A DNA stretch of 64,000 nt from Novakomyces olei. Lineage: Eukaryota. The stretch's first letter is position 1, and every line of letters starts with the position of its first letter. This document shows, piece by piece, positions 22,179-32,529 of this stretch. The notes under the pieces are model-generated. The model worked only from the letters and a program-made list of their open reading frames with translations. It had not been told where the DNA came from and searched no databases. The stretch covers positions 124,001-188,000 of the forward strand of contig JADEYG010000007.1 of assembly GCA_016906335.1 (NCBI GenBank), read 5' to 3'. The position numbers and the translations under genes were made by a program.

Positions 22179-25100
22179 TTAAGAACCAGGTTTGTTCGGG
22201 TGTGCACGGTGGAATTCGTTTACCAAATCCATGCAGTTGTGTAAATGTTTCGCAGGCTCCCACGTGCGGTCGGAGGCGTCGTAGCCTTTCCAATGCACAT
22301 AATATTGAAGTTGCTTGCGTCGGATGCGCGAGTCTAGAACTTGCTCGACTTCCCATTCCGGGTTAGCATCCAATATAACTGGAGGTGGTGGCGCGATCTG
22401 TTCTCGCGCGATCTGCGACACTGCGTTATGTCGCTCTAGCAATGAAGCGTGGAAGACAGGATGTATACGCATTGCCTTCGATAGTTCCAAGCGATATGCA
22501 CGCAAACCAACGCGTGCGATAATCCTAAACGGTCCCAGCTTCTTGGCATCCAGCTTATCGCATGGCCGCGTAGTGCTAATATTTTTTCGCACTAGCCAGA
22601 CTTGATCGCCAATAGCAAAACTTTTGTCGACGCGATGCTCATTTGCAAAGCGCGCCTGGTCGCTGAGAGACTTTTCGATTTCGACTTTCAATAAGCGATG
22701 TAGATTCCGTAGGTATTCGATACGTTCATCCGCGGATGGGCATTGTCGCGAAGATGAAATCGTAAAGCGACATTTCGGGTTGTAGCCGTAAAAAGCGTAA
22801 AACGGTGTTGTCTTTGTAGACGACTGCTCTGAATTGTTGTACGCGAATTGAGCAAAAGGTAACAAATTGACCCAATTGCTTTGCTGATAGTTGCTGTAGA
22901 TCCTCAGATATTGCTCTAAGATCTGGTTAAGCCTCTCTGTTTGGCCGTCGCTCTGTGGGTGGTACGCGGTAGACAACTTCTGCTGTATATCGCATTGCGA
23001 AAGCAAGTGTCGTGTAAACTGCGATACAAATACCGAACCCCTGTCAGAGACTATTTCGTCTGGTAGGCCATAGTTGGCAAATACGCGATGGGCGTAAATC
23101 AAAGCTAGCTCAGTAGCCTTAATAGATTCGCGTATTGGTATAAATATTCCGATTTTCGTAAATCGACAGGTGATTACCCATATGGAGTCGTAGGTTTTTT
23201 GTGTAATCGCATCGCGCGACTCCGGTAATTTCACAATGAAGTCCATTGAGATACTTTCCCAGGGTCTCGCTGGTACTCTCAGTGGGTGTAGTAGTCCATA
23301 CGGTGCATGTCGCGAAGGCTTGTTTCGCGCACAAGTATCGCACGACTCGACGTAGCTAAATATCTCTTTTCGCATGCGTGGCCAATAGTAGTTTCGCATG
23401 ACTAAGTCCAACGTTTTGGCCTGGCCAGGGTGACCCGCGACATGCGAATCATGGCATGTCTGTAGTATAGCTAATCGCAAACGATTGTCGTTTGGGATGT
23501 ATAGCAAACCCGAAAACGTTAGAAGACCCTTTTCGTTTATACTGTAGTTTCGCAGATGTTCCGACACTGGCTGCTTGCCGAGGTCCTCCATGACAACCTT
23601 GCAAGTCTTGTCTTTGCCGTAACATTGTTTAATCTGATCATCAATGCCTGTATCTTCTACGGTCGCGAACAGGAAGTGCGATCTGTCCAATAGTGCCATA
23701 GTTCGCTCTGGTTTCTCCTGTTCCTTATCGCCGACATAATCGCTTCGCCTAGACAAGGCATCCGCTTTGTGATTTAGCTTTCCAGCACGGTATTCAATAA
23801 CGAAATCATAGGAAGCGATCAATTGCGACCATCGCATCTGTCTACGGCTAAGTACTCTTGCTGTAAGAAAGTACATGAGATTGCGGTGATCCGTATAAAT
23901 TGTAGTGCGATGTAACGGACTCTCCAGGTAAACTCGCCATTCGCGAAGACATGCGACAATAGCTAACAGCTCTTTGTCGTAGATATCATAGTTTACTTCC
24001 GCGCTAGTCATTTTTCGCGAGTAGAACGCGATGGGTCTCATTTCGTCGCTGTTGTCTTTCTGCGAGAGAATCCCACCGATCGCGAAGTCCGATGCGTCGG
24101 TTTCCAAATAACTTGGCTTCTGCGGGTCGAAATGCGCAAGGATCGGCGCACCCAGAAAAGCGTTCTTCAGAGTTTGGAAAGAGTCAATGCACTCCTTGGA
24201 GAAATTAAACTGCGCATCCTTCTTCAGTAAGCGGGTGAGAGGGATGGTAATTTTGCTGTAGTTTGCAATAAATCTGCGATAGTAATTTGATAGGCCTAAG
24301 AACGACATAACGTCTTTCGCGTTCTTGGGTTCAGGCCATGTCTCAATAGAATCAACTTTCGCTTTCTCCATAGACACTCCTTTCGTAGAGACAACAAAGC
24401 CTAGGAACTCTGTCGTGTCTGTGTGGAACTCGCATTTCTCTAGTTTCACAAATAAGTTTGCTTTGCGAAGTCGTTTCAGTACTTCGCGAACATGCGTCAC
24501 ATGCTCCTCCTCGGTGTCCGAATAGATCAAGATGTCGTCCAAGTATACAACAGCAAAGCGATCCAGACAATCGCGTAATGTGTCGTTCGCAAGAGCTTGG
24601 AAAGATGCCGGGGCGTTCGTGAGCCCGAAAGGCATAACCTGATATTCGTAATGTCCATAACGCGTACGGAAGGCGGTTTTCCACTCGTCGCCTTCGCGTA
24701 TACGGACAAGATTATACGCGCCACGGAGATCTAATCGCGTAAATATCGTCGACTGACGAATGCGATCCAATAGCTCCGATATGAGCGGCAGCGCATAGCG
24801 ATTTTTGACAGTTACCGCGTTTAGCCCGCGATAATCTACGCACAGTCTCAGCGAACCGTCCTTCTTTTTCACAAAAAGAATTGGAGCCCCCGCGGGCGAT
24901 GAAGACGGCCTAATGAATCCCTTCGCTAGATTGTCTTTAATGTAGTCGCGTAGTGTTTGTAGCTCGCGTTCGGCCAGAGGATATATAGGCCCGAACGGCG
25001 GCTTCGCGCCTTCTGTCAACGGTATTGCGTGATCCCACGCCTGATGCTGTGGTAGAATGTCTGCATTTCTTTTCTCAAAAAGATCGCGAAAGTCTGCATA

Positions 25101-25730
25101 CTCGGGAGGTATAGCGACGTTTTTGTCCTCGCTTTTAGCGTCGGTCGCGTATACGCACAGCAATCCCGAGTCGTTGCCTCGCGATAGCTTAGCAAATTCC
25201 GTCGCACTGATTTGCGATGGTTCGTCTTGTGCCTCGGGCTTCTTGAGGCAGTTTGCTAAGCAATAGGAAGACTCGAATTCGACTTTTGCACGTCTCCATG
25301 CAATCCTTGGCTCATGTTTGTCGAGCCATGGCTTTCCTAAAATAACGTCGTGTCCAGAGAGCGGTATCACGTTAAACATCATAGTCTCGCGATGTTCGCC
25401 TATGGTGACCTCCATGTTTTCAGTCTGGAAGCGAACACCTCCGGTGCGAATCGCTCTTCCATCCACAACTCGTAGTGGCTCAATCTTCGCCTTCTTCGTT
25501 ATATCGATTATGCTTCTCGTAGCAAGGCTCTGGCTGATAAAATTCGACGTCGCGCCTGAGTCGATCAGCGCCTTCGCGTCCAGCTGGCCCTTGCTAGTTC
25601 TCAAATTTGCAGTAACTGTGAGATGTATTCCTCTGTCAGGTTCGGGTACCACTGACATCACCTCCGAAAGCCTCGTGTCATTAACGCCCAGATCAGGCCT
25701 TTCTTTTAGACCTGGGCTCTCGCTTTTCCC
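22179..25730 (-). CDS. Element C pol (PR-RT-RH-IN-chromodomain), in the -1 frame relative to gag
   Basis: LIDSGAT, LRLCVDYR, MPFGL, YLDD, TDASD, HHCC, SDRG and GPF motifs; C-terminal WEVEQVLD...VHWKGY...TWEP chromodomain. Confidence 0.96.
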   Translation of the reverse strand, partial: GKSESPGLKERPDLGVNDTRLSEVMSVVPEPDRGIHLTVTANLRTSKGQLDAKALIDSGATSNFISQSLATRSIIDITKKAKIEPLRVVDGRAIRTGGVRFQTENMEVTIGEHRETMMFNVIPLSGHDVILGKPWLDKHEPRIAWRRAKVEFESSYCLANCLKKPEAQDEPSQISATEFAKLSRGNDSGLLCVYATDAKSEDKNVAIPPEYADFRDLFEKRNADILPQHQAWDHAIPLTEGAKPPFGPIYPLAERELQTLRDYIKDNLAKGFIRPSSSPAGAPILFVKKKDGSLRLCVDYRGLNAVTVKNRYALPLISELLDRIRQSTIFTRLDLRGAYNLVRIREGDEWKTAFRTRYGHYEYQVMPFGLTNAPASFQALANDTLRDCLDRFAVVYLDDILIYSDTEEEHVTHVREVLKRLRKANLFVKLEKCEFHTDTTEFLGFVVSTKGVSMEKAKVDSIETWPEPKNAKDVMSFLGLSNYYRRFIANYSKITIPLTRLLKKDAQFNFSKECIDSFQTLKNAFLGAPILAHFDPQKPSYLETDASDFAIGGILSQKDNSDEMRPIAFYSRKMTSAEVNYDIYDKELLAIVACLREWRVYLESPLHRTTIYTDHRNLMYFLTARVLSRRQMRWSQLIASYDFVIEYRAGKLNHKADALSRRSDYVGDKEQEKPERTMALLDRSHFLFATVEDTGIDDQIKQCYGKDKTCKVVMEDLGKQPVSEHLRNYSINEKGLLTFSGLLYIPNDNRLRLAILQTCHDSHVAGHPGQAKTLDLVMRNYYWPRMRKEIFSYVESCDTCARNKPSRHAPYGLLHPLRVPARPWESISMDFIVKLPESRDAITQKTYDSIWVITCRFTKIGIFIPIRESIKATELALIYAHRVFANYGLPDEIVSDRGSVFVSQFTRHLLSQCDIQQKLSTAYHPQSDGQTERLNQILEQYLRIYSNYQQSNWVNLLPFAQFAYNNSEQSSTKTTPFYAFYGYNPKCRFTISSSRQCPSADERIEYLRNLHRLLKVEIEKSLSDQARFANEHRVDKSFAIGDQVWLVRKNISTTRPCDKLDAKKLGPFRIIARVGLRAYRLELSKAMRIHPVFHASLLERHNAVSQIAREQIAPPPPVILDANPEWEVEQVLDSRIRRKQLQYYVHWKGYDASDRTWEPAKHLHNCMDLVNEFHRAHPNKPGS

Positions 25731-26653
25731 GGTTCCGTGATACTGTCCATAACCACCGAGATGCGTTGCTCATAATTGCGTTGCTTCTGTTTGCAATCAC
25801 GTGCGCGATGACCTTCGCGTCCGCACGTAAAACATCTGTTCTCTTTCTTTCGACGCTGGCGTTCGTCGCTGGTAATGCTCTTCTTTTCGTAACTGGTAGC
25901 ATCTACCTCCATGGGAGTGTATCCTTTGTTCGCGATCGTCGCGCCCCTATAGCCTGAAGCGCCCTTGGCGTTCGTACGGCTAGCGCTTTCGTAGTAACGA
26001 TCCGACAACCTTTCGTCCACGCGTACAGACTTCTCAATTAAGTCTGACAATGTACGCGATTTTTCCAACCGAGATAATTCGTCCTTAATTCGATCTTTCA
26101 ATCCTTGATAATATTCGTAGCGTAAACTGTGATCGCTAAAATCCAAGTGCGAAGTGATCTGCTGAAAACGCGAAGTATACTCAGCAACAGATCCTCGCTG
26201 TTTGAGCAATGCTAGCTCCCGCTCAGCCTGACTAATGCGGTCGACGCTCCCAAATGTCGTGGAGAGCTCGTCGCAAAACAGGGCAAAGTCACTGGTAATT
26301 AGGCTTTCATCGTGGTCGCGCAAGTGGGGTTCAAACCACGCAAAAGCGGCACCGCGCAGATAAGATACCGCAAACAGGACCTTCGCTTCGTCGTTGCGAA
26401 ACTCATGTGGCTTGAGTCTCACGTATAAGCGAACCTGTGCAAGGAAAGTATCCACCGATCTGCGATCACCTCTGAATGTATCCGGCTTCGAAATGCTTGG
26501 CCCTTCGCTGACTCCTGATCGTCGAGATCCCCGGGATCCCATTTCCTGGCGAAGGCCTTCAATAACCGATTTGTCCTTAACGCGCTCCTCTTGGAGCGAC
26601 GCGATCTGCGCCTGCAGCGTCTGCAGAAACGCGTTCAAGTCCTCTTGACTCAT
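25706..26653 (-). CDS. Element C gag (retrotransposon Gag with CCHC zinc knuckle)
   Basis: PDTFRGDR, SYLRGAAFAW, LKQRGSV.EY, PMEVD and CFTCGREGHRARDC motifs. Confidence 0.95.
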   Translation of the reverse strand: MSQEDLNAFLQTLQAQIASLQEERVKDKSVIEGLRQEMGSRGSRRSGVSEGPSISKPDTFRGDRRSVDTFLAQVRLYVRLKPHEFRNDEAKVLFAVSYLRGAAFAWFEPHLRDHDESLITSDFALFCDELSTTFGSVDRISQAERELALLKQRGSVAEYTSRFQQITSHLDFSDHSLRYEYYQGLKDRIKDELSRLEKSRTLSDLIEKSVRVDERLSDRYYESASRTNAKGASGYRGATIANKGYTPMEVDATSYEKKSITSDERQRRKKENRCFTCGREGHRARDCKQKQRNYEQRISVVMDSITEPGKARAQV

Positions 26654-26807
26654 CGTAATTCAATAATTCGTTTGTGCTGCTAAACCGTAGCAAAGCACCC
26701 TTCGTCGCAACAACTTAGTGCGAAATAAAACTTGTAAATCGAAATCTGTGTACGCCTCCGTGCGTGACACCTTTCAACGCCGTGTAAATCTGTAGCTTAG
26801 ACGAGCT

Positions 26808-26821
26808 CACGGGCTTATAAT
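26808..26821 (-). promoter_or_regulatory. Element C primer-binding site, self-priming type
   Basis: 14-nt perfect inverted repeat of LTR positions 27078-27091; lies 2 nt inside the 5' LTR boundary; no TGG. Confidence 0.75.
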
Positions 26822-26823
26822 AG

Positions 26824-27529
26824 TGTAAGGTGGCCCTTAGAGGGGAGCACCGCGGTGTAAACTCGCGTGTCGCTACAGGCGAACACGGACTGTCCTTTGC
26901 GAGACCGCTCGACAAAGGAAGTTCAATCGGTTACCGCGCGAAGCGAGTACCGAGAAACGGGAACGTAGACTTGCGCCCGGCGCAAGAACTAAGGAAAAGG
27001 AAAAGGACGTTGTCCTTGAAAAGGCGACGGCGCTTCTCTAAAGCTTACCTGCTACAAGGCTATGTAGCAACTTTGAGATTATAAGCCCGTGGAGAGAGTT
27101 CTCTCCATGGGCGACTATGTAGACTATCCTATGAGGCTTAGCGGCTCGCTTAGCCACTTCGCGGCCTAAGCCTCATCCCACCACGATCTCAATGCGATGG
27201 TCCCAGACCATCCGCATTGGGAAAGCGGTGGCGAGCTATGAACTCTATGGATCGATCTATCTAGCTTCGTAGCGATGCGCGATCGCTACTACTACTGTCA
27301 TGCGCCGCGACGTGCCTACGTCGCGCGGGCATGGACGTGGACCTGCTTCGCGCGAGCCAGGTCCAACCTGCTCGCGAGCTAGGCCACTTACGCGCTTCGC
27401 GCGAGTAATGTCCAACATTACCTCGCGCGAGCTATTTAGATCTATCTAGCCTGAAGTCATCGCCTTTGGCGCTACAGGACTTCAGGCGTCGTTCGCTGTC
27501 GTGGTTCACGCGAGGCGGGGATCATGACA
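26824..27529 (-). repeat. Element C 5' LTR
   Basis: Direct repeat of 20626-21331. Confidence 0.95.
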
Positions 27530-27534
27530 ATTTG

Positions 27535-30050
27535 GGATATATCAGTGGAACGTCATGCCTCAAGGAGATCGTAATTCCACTGCTATACAGCAACAACTTA
27601 TGGAGGAGCTCTTCAGACCTTACATTGGAATATGGATGACAGTCTATGTCGATGACATAATAATATACGACGATGATGTCCAAGCACATTTGGACCATTT
27701 GGTGCTAGTTTTTTGTATTATGTCAAAGTGGGAACTATACGCGAGTCCAACCAAAACATTTCCGTTTTGCAAGAACTTTGTTGTGCTGGGACGACAAATC
27801 AGTGATGAAGGAATCAAAATGACTGATAAATCAAAAAACTCCATATTGCGACTGGAACCACCAAAGAATATTAAGCAAGTACAAAGATTAGTTGGAATGC
27901 TGAATTGGGTTTCAACGTTTATACCAAACTTATCCTCTCACATTTCAACATTCACTGAGATGAAGGACTTTTCTTGGGACGAAACAAAACAAAAAGGCTT
28001 TGATAAAATCAAGAAAGCAGTTCAGCACGACATAGTACTTTCACCGTTTGACCCTGAACCCCTGAATAATGGTACAGAAAAGCTATTCATGGGAATAGAT
28101 GCTTCACTAGTTGGTACAGGTGGATGGCTAGGACAAGGACAAGACTGGAGAAAATGCAGAGTAATAGGCTTCACGTCGAAAAAATTAGGGATAGCTGAAT
28201 CACATTATCCTGTACATGAACTTGAATATCTTGCATGCATACGAGCTCTTGATCATTTTGAAATATATGCTCGAGGTTACCAAGTCAATTGTTTGACAGA
28301 CAACCAAGCTCTGAGTCGCCTCCTTTACTCTAAAAATGTTATGCTTTCACGAAGACACCTTAGATGGATGGATTTTTTAAATGAGTTCGATATAAATATT
28401 ATTCATGTTCCCGGAACTGAAAATGTCTTGGCGGATCTACTTTCAAGAACACCCGGAAAAACATCTGATGTAGGTGCAATTTCCGTACAAATTTCGCCCC
28501 AGAATAATTTAAAATTTGAGTTGGCCTACGAAAAGGACAGACATTGGTCCAAAATACTCACTATTTTGAAAAATCCAGACAGTTTCACAGACAACGAAAG
28601 CGTAAAAATCAAATCGCGCTACTACATCCAAGACGGTATAATACATCTCCAATACGATGATCGAATCTGCCTACCAACAGATTTCACCAACATCATAATA
28701 AGAGAATCACATGACACCTACCAAGGAGGGCATGGAGGTATAAAGAAAACAATAGCAGGCGTAGGCCGCAAATACTACTGGCCAGGCATGGCAAAAGAAA
28801 TAAATGAATATGTCAGATCATGTGAAACGTGCGCTAAAAGCAAAATAATACCTCAAAAGCCAATGGGACTATTGCAAGAACTCGATATACCGAGTAATCG
28901 ATGGCAAACAATAGGCATGGACTTTATCACTGGACTACCAGCTTCGGGGACTCGAAAGTTTGATGCTATAATTTGCATAGTTGATCGTCTAACCAAAAGA
29001 GCTCATTTCTGGCCCACGCACACAACTATAACAGCACAAGGAACTGCACAGCTATTTCTGGAAAGATATTTCTGTCTACACGGCTTACCAACTGCAATAA
29101 TAAGTGACAGAGATGTAAGATTTATGTCTGAATTTTGGCAGACACTTACAAAAACTCTTCAAATCAAACTGAAGCCATCATCAAGCTATCACCCACAGTC
29201 CAACGGTCAAACCGAACGCACAAATCGTGTATTGGAAGACTATCTTCGTCTTTTCATTTATGCCAATAAAAAGAACTTCAGCTGGCACACATTATTATCG
29301 TTTGCCGAATTCTTTTACTCTTCAAGCCAACACTCCGCCATATCAATGACACCCTTTGAGGCGGATCTTGGCTACATTCCACGTAGTCTTACTGACTTAT
29401 CAATGCCCGAAACACCGAACAAAGATACTTCCTCTTTTATAAACACTCTGGAGGCCAACAAAATTCTTTGTCAAGATGCTATCAGAACAGCACATGATTT
29501 ATCAAAAATCTATGCGGATAAAAAGCGAATAAATGTTGAATATAATGTTAATGACCTGGCTTATTTAAGCACAGCCAACATACGAGAAATACCGGAGCTA
29601 TTCCACGATGTTCTCACACGAAAATTACAATCAAAATACATTGGTCCATTCAAAATTATTCAAAAAATCAGTCCTGTTTCATATGAATTGGAACTACCAA
29701 CATCAATAAAATATCATCCCGTTGTTCACATTTCTCAATTAAAGAAACATCATCCAATGAACAGTCACAACACCAGAGAACAACCTAAGCCTAAAGCTCT
29801 GCGACGCTACAAAGACAACACAGAATTATATTTGATCCAACAAATCGTTGACCATGGATGGTTCAAAGGGTCTAAAAAATCCAATACACCGAAACAGGGG
29901 TATAAGCTATTATACCGAATCCGCTGGGAAGGCTATGGACCTGAAGACGATACATGGGAACCTAAATCTCACTTGGCTAACTCAACCAACCTGCTGAACA
30001 ACTACAATTCGACACATCTCGAATTAGTGGGGGAGGATGTTAGGCCATAG
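27535..30050 (+). CDS. Element B gag-pol, 3' part: RT-RNase H-integrase-chromodomain; stop codon lies 13 nt inside the 3' LTR
   Basis: YVDD, IDAS, ADLLSR, HHCC, SDRD and GPF motifs; YRIRWEGYGPEDDTWEP chromodomain. Confidence 0.95.
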
Positions 30051-30384
30051 TGTAGATAGTAAAATTTAAATTTAAAATGACATAATTAAATTAAATTAAT
30101 TCACTCCAAATACGGAATTTAACCGATTTGGAGGAATATTTAATTACTAATCATTAAATCACGCCACTGATCGGGTATCTGTAACCTATCAATGATAAGG
30201 TGATTACTAATTGATCGGTTACTTCTGATCCTATCTGATTACTAATTGATAGGAAAGTCTTGATCCTATCTCTGAGATAAGAGCTGAGCCTTGAAGTCTA
30301 TAAAAGGACAAGGTTTTCCATAGTTTAAGAGTAGATTCAATTAATCTAAAGAGTTATAACAGTGAGTTACTTCCAGTTATAACA
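30038..30384 (+). repeat. Element B 3' LTR (347 bp)
   Basis: Direct repeat of 17711-18057, preceded by PPT. Confidence 0.95.
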
Positions 30385-32529
30385 CATTGCTTTTAGTTCT
30401 TTATTTATTGCTTCTTTCCACTGATTCCCAAATGGCCCAGTGATTGCTTCATTGTAATTTTGAGGCTCAATGTCAGGAGCTTCAATGTGATTAACGCCTC
30501 CTTTGGGTCTGTTTAATATTTTCCTTTGACCATTTTTAAGGAAAAGGGGGGGAAGGATTTTCTTCAATTTTTCTTTGGAGATCCCTTCAAGATTTAATTT
30601 TCTTTCACCAGAAAGGATTTCCTGCAGCGGGTCTATTTTTCTGAATTTTTCGTCTCCTAGTTGCTCTGATGACGTTTTTCTTTTTCGCGCAGGTTGATTT
30701 CCTGGGCTGATAAGCTCTAGGCTTGGTTCCTCTTCTATTTCAATTATAGAATTATTTTTTGATTCAATGTTCTTTAAATTATTGTCAATTTCCATGTTTG
30801 ATTGAGGGTCGTCACTTTCCTCATCGTCTGTATTTGATTTATTTCCACTTGGCTCTGTTGAGTCTTCGATCGAGTCCTTTAGGTTGTCAGATGACTGATT
30901 TTCCTCAGAATTGGCTTGCGTGGGATTTTCAGAATTTTTGTTAATATTTAACGTATCATCAGGCGGAGTTTGGGGCGTTTCGAGAGTATTTGATAGACTA
31001 TTTGGCGATTTGATTTGTTCAGGTACCTTGTTTGACAGTTCACTACTTAGCTTTGGTAGATTGTCAATTATAGTTGTGTTGATCCCTTGCGTGGGATGAG
31101 TTGTGTCGTGGTCCCTTTTATTCTCCGTATCGGCTTCAGTATTATTTTTGTATGTAAGTTCGCTGTATATTTGATTTTCATTATAATCAGTAGCAGTGGA
31201 ATTATTAATCTGTTCGTTTTCAAGGAATTTGACATTTCGAGATACGACTCTTTTCCCATTTTTGAGATTGGACAGTATGTAGCCTTTCTGTGTTTCAGAG
31301 TAGCCGATAAAAATGTATTCATCTCCTCTTTGTTCCAGCTTGGTTTTGTTATTGGCGTGCTTGTCCAGTGCTATTGCCAAGCAACCAAACACTTTCAGAT
31401 TGTCCAGATTCGGAGGTCTTTTGTAGATTGTTTCGTACGGAGTCTTTGGTGCTATTCTAGTTGGTAGTCGATTTTTCAGGTAGCAACTAGTGACCACAGC
31501 ATCACTCCAGAATTTTATCGGGACTTTGCGTGCTAGTAGTAGGCTTCGTGCCTTCGATAATATTGTTCGATTTGCGCGTTCCGCTACTCCATTTTGCTGT
31601 GGAGTGTAAGCGGTGCTAGTTTGGTGTATAATGCCATGTTTTTTGCACAGTTCATGAATTTCGGCATTGATGTATTCCAGACCGTTGTCTGTTCTTAATG
31701 TTTTTATCATTTTTCCAAATTGTGTTTTAACAAATGGAATTAACTCTGCGAAGATTTGGGTGACTTCATTTTTATTCTTCATCAATTTTATGAACGTGAA
31801 GCCCGACAGGTCTTCTATAAATGTAACGAAGTATTTGTAATTAAATTCAGAATTTAGATTGATAGGCCCGCACACGTCGCTGTGCACCAGGTCAAATAGA
31901 CCTGTTGGTCTGCTTCTCCCCGTATTTGGGAAGGGTTCCCGAGTTATATTTGCTGTTGTACATGTATGACATGGTTCAATATCGTTGATTTTAATTAATT
32001 GTATTTTCCCTGTGGCTTTTCCGTTTATCAGCTCTAGCAGGTACTGTTTATTTGTGTGGCCTAGCCTTTCGTGCCACAGTTTTGCCTTTTCGGCACTATC
32101 TTCAGTAACAGAATTTGAAATGTATTCGTTATGATAGATTGGTTTTGCAGTGAAATAAAATATATTATTATTTTTCTTGAGTCGCATAATTGGTTTTGCG
32201 TTGCTCATTAACGTTAACTTAGATTCGGCAATTGTCATGGAATTTTTTCCACTGAATGCCTGTAGAATGAGCGGATTGAATAAATTTGTGCCGTACTTAG
32301 GGGCATATAAGACGTTTGATAGGATCAGCGTTGATCCCAGGTCATCCCTAACTTTTAAAATTATTGTTCCAATTCCTGATACGGGAGAGCAATTGTCCTT
32401 CCCTGTTTGAATAGTGGATCTGATGTAATTTATTTTATTAAAGTATTTGATATCTGAGCATATGTGACTAGTGGCCCCTGTATCGAGAATCCACTCAGTG
32501 ATATCTCCAGGTGTCCCTTTGTTACCTAG
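30385..32529 (-). CDS. Element A pol, 5' part: protease, GAG-pre-integrase, integrase and linker; in frame with gag behind a single TGA
   Basis: WILDTGATSHIC read directly after the gag stop; WHERLGH, HSDVCGP, RTDNGLEY and NGVAER motifs. Confidence 0.93.

Larger units (their letters stand above)
20626..27529 (-). mobile_element. Element C: intact Ty3/gypsy chromovirus (Tf1/sushi-like) with an antisense accessory gene
   Basis: 706-bp TG...CA LTRs at 20626-21331 and 26824-27529; TSD ATTTG at 20621-20625 and 27530-27534; PPT at 21332-21345; open gag and pol. Confidence 0.97.
17711..30384 (+). mobile_element. Element B: Ty3/gypsy chromovirus-type LTR retrotransposon with an extra 5' ORF, interrupted by element C
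   Basis: 347-bp TGTTA...TAACA LTRs; TSD CATTG at 17706-17710 and 30385-30389; PPT GGGGGAGGA at 30029-30037. Confidence 0.96.
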
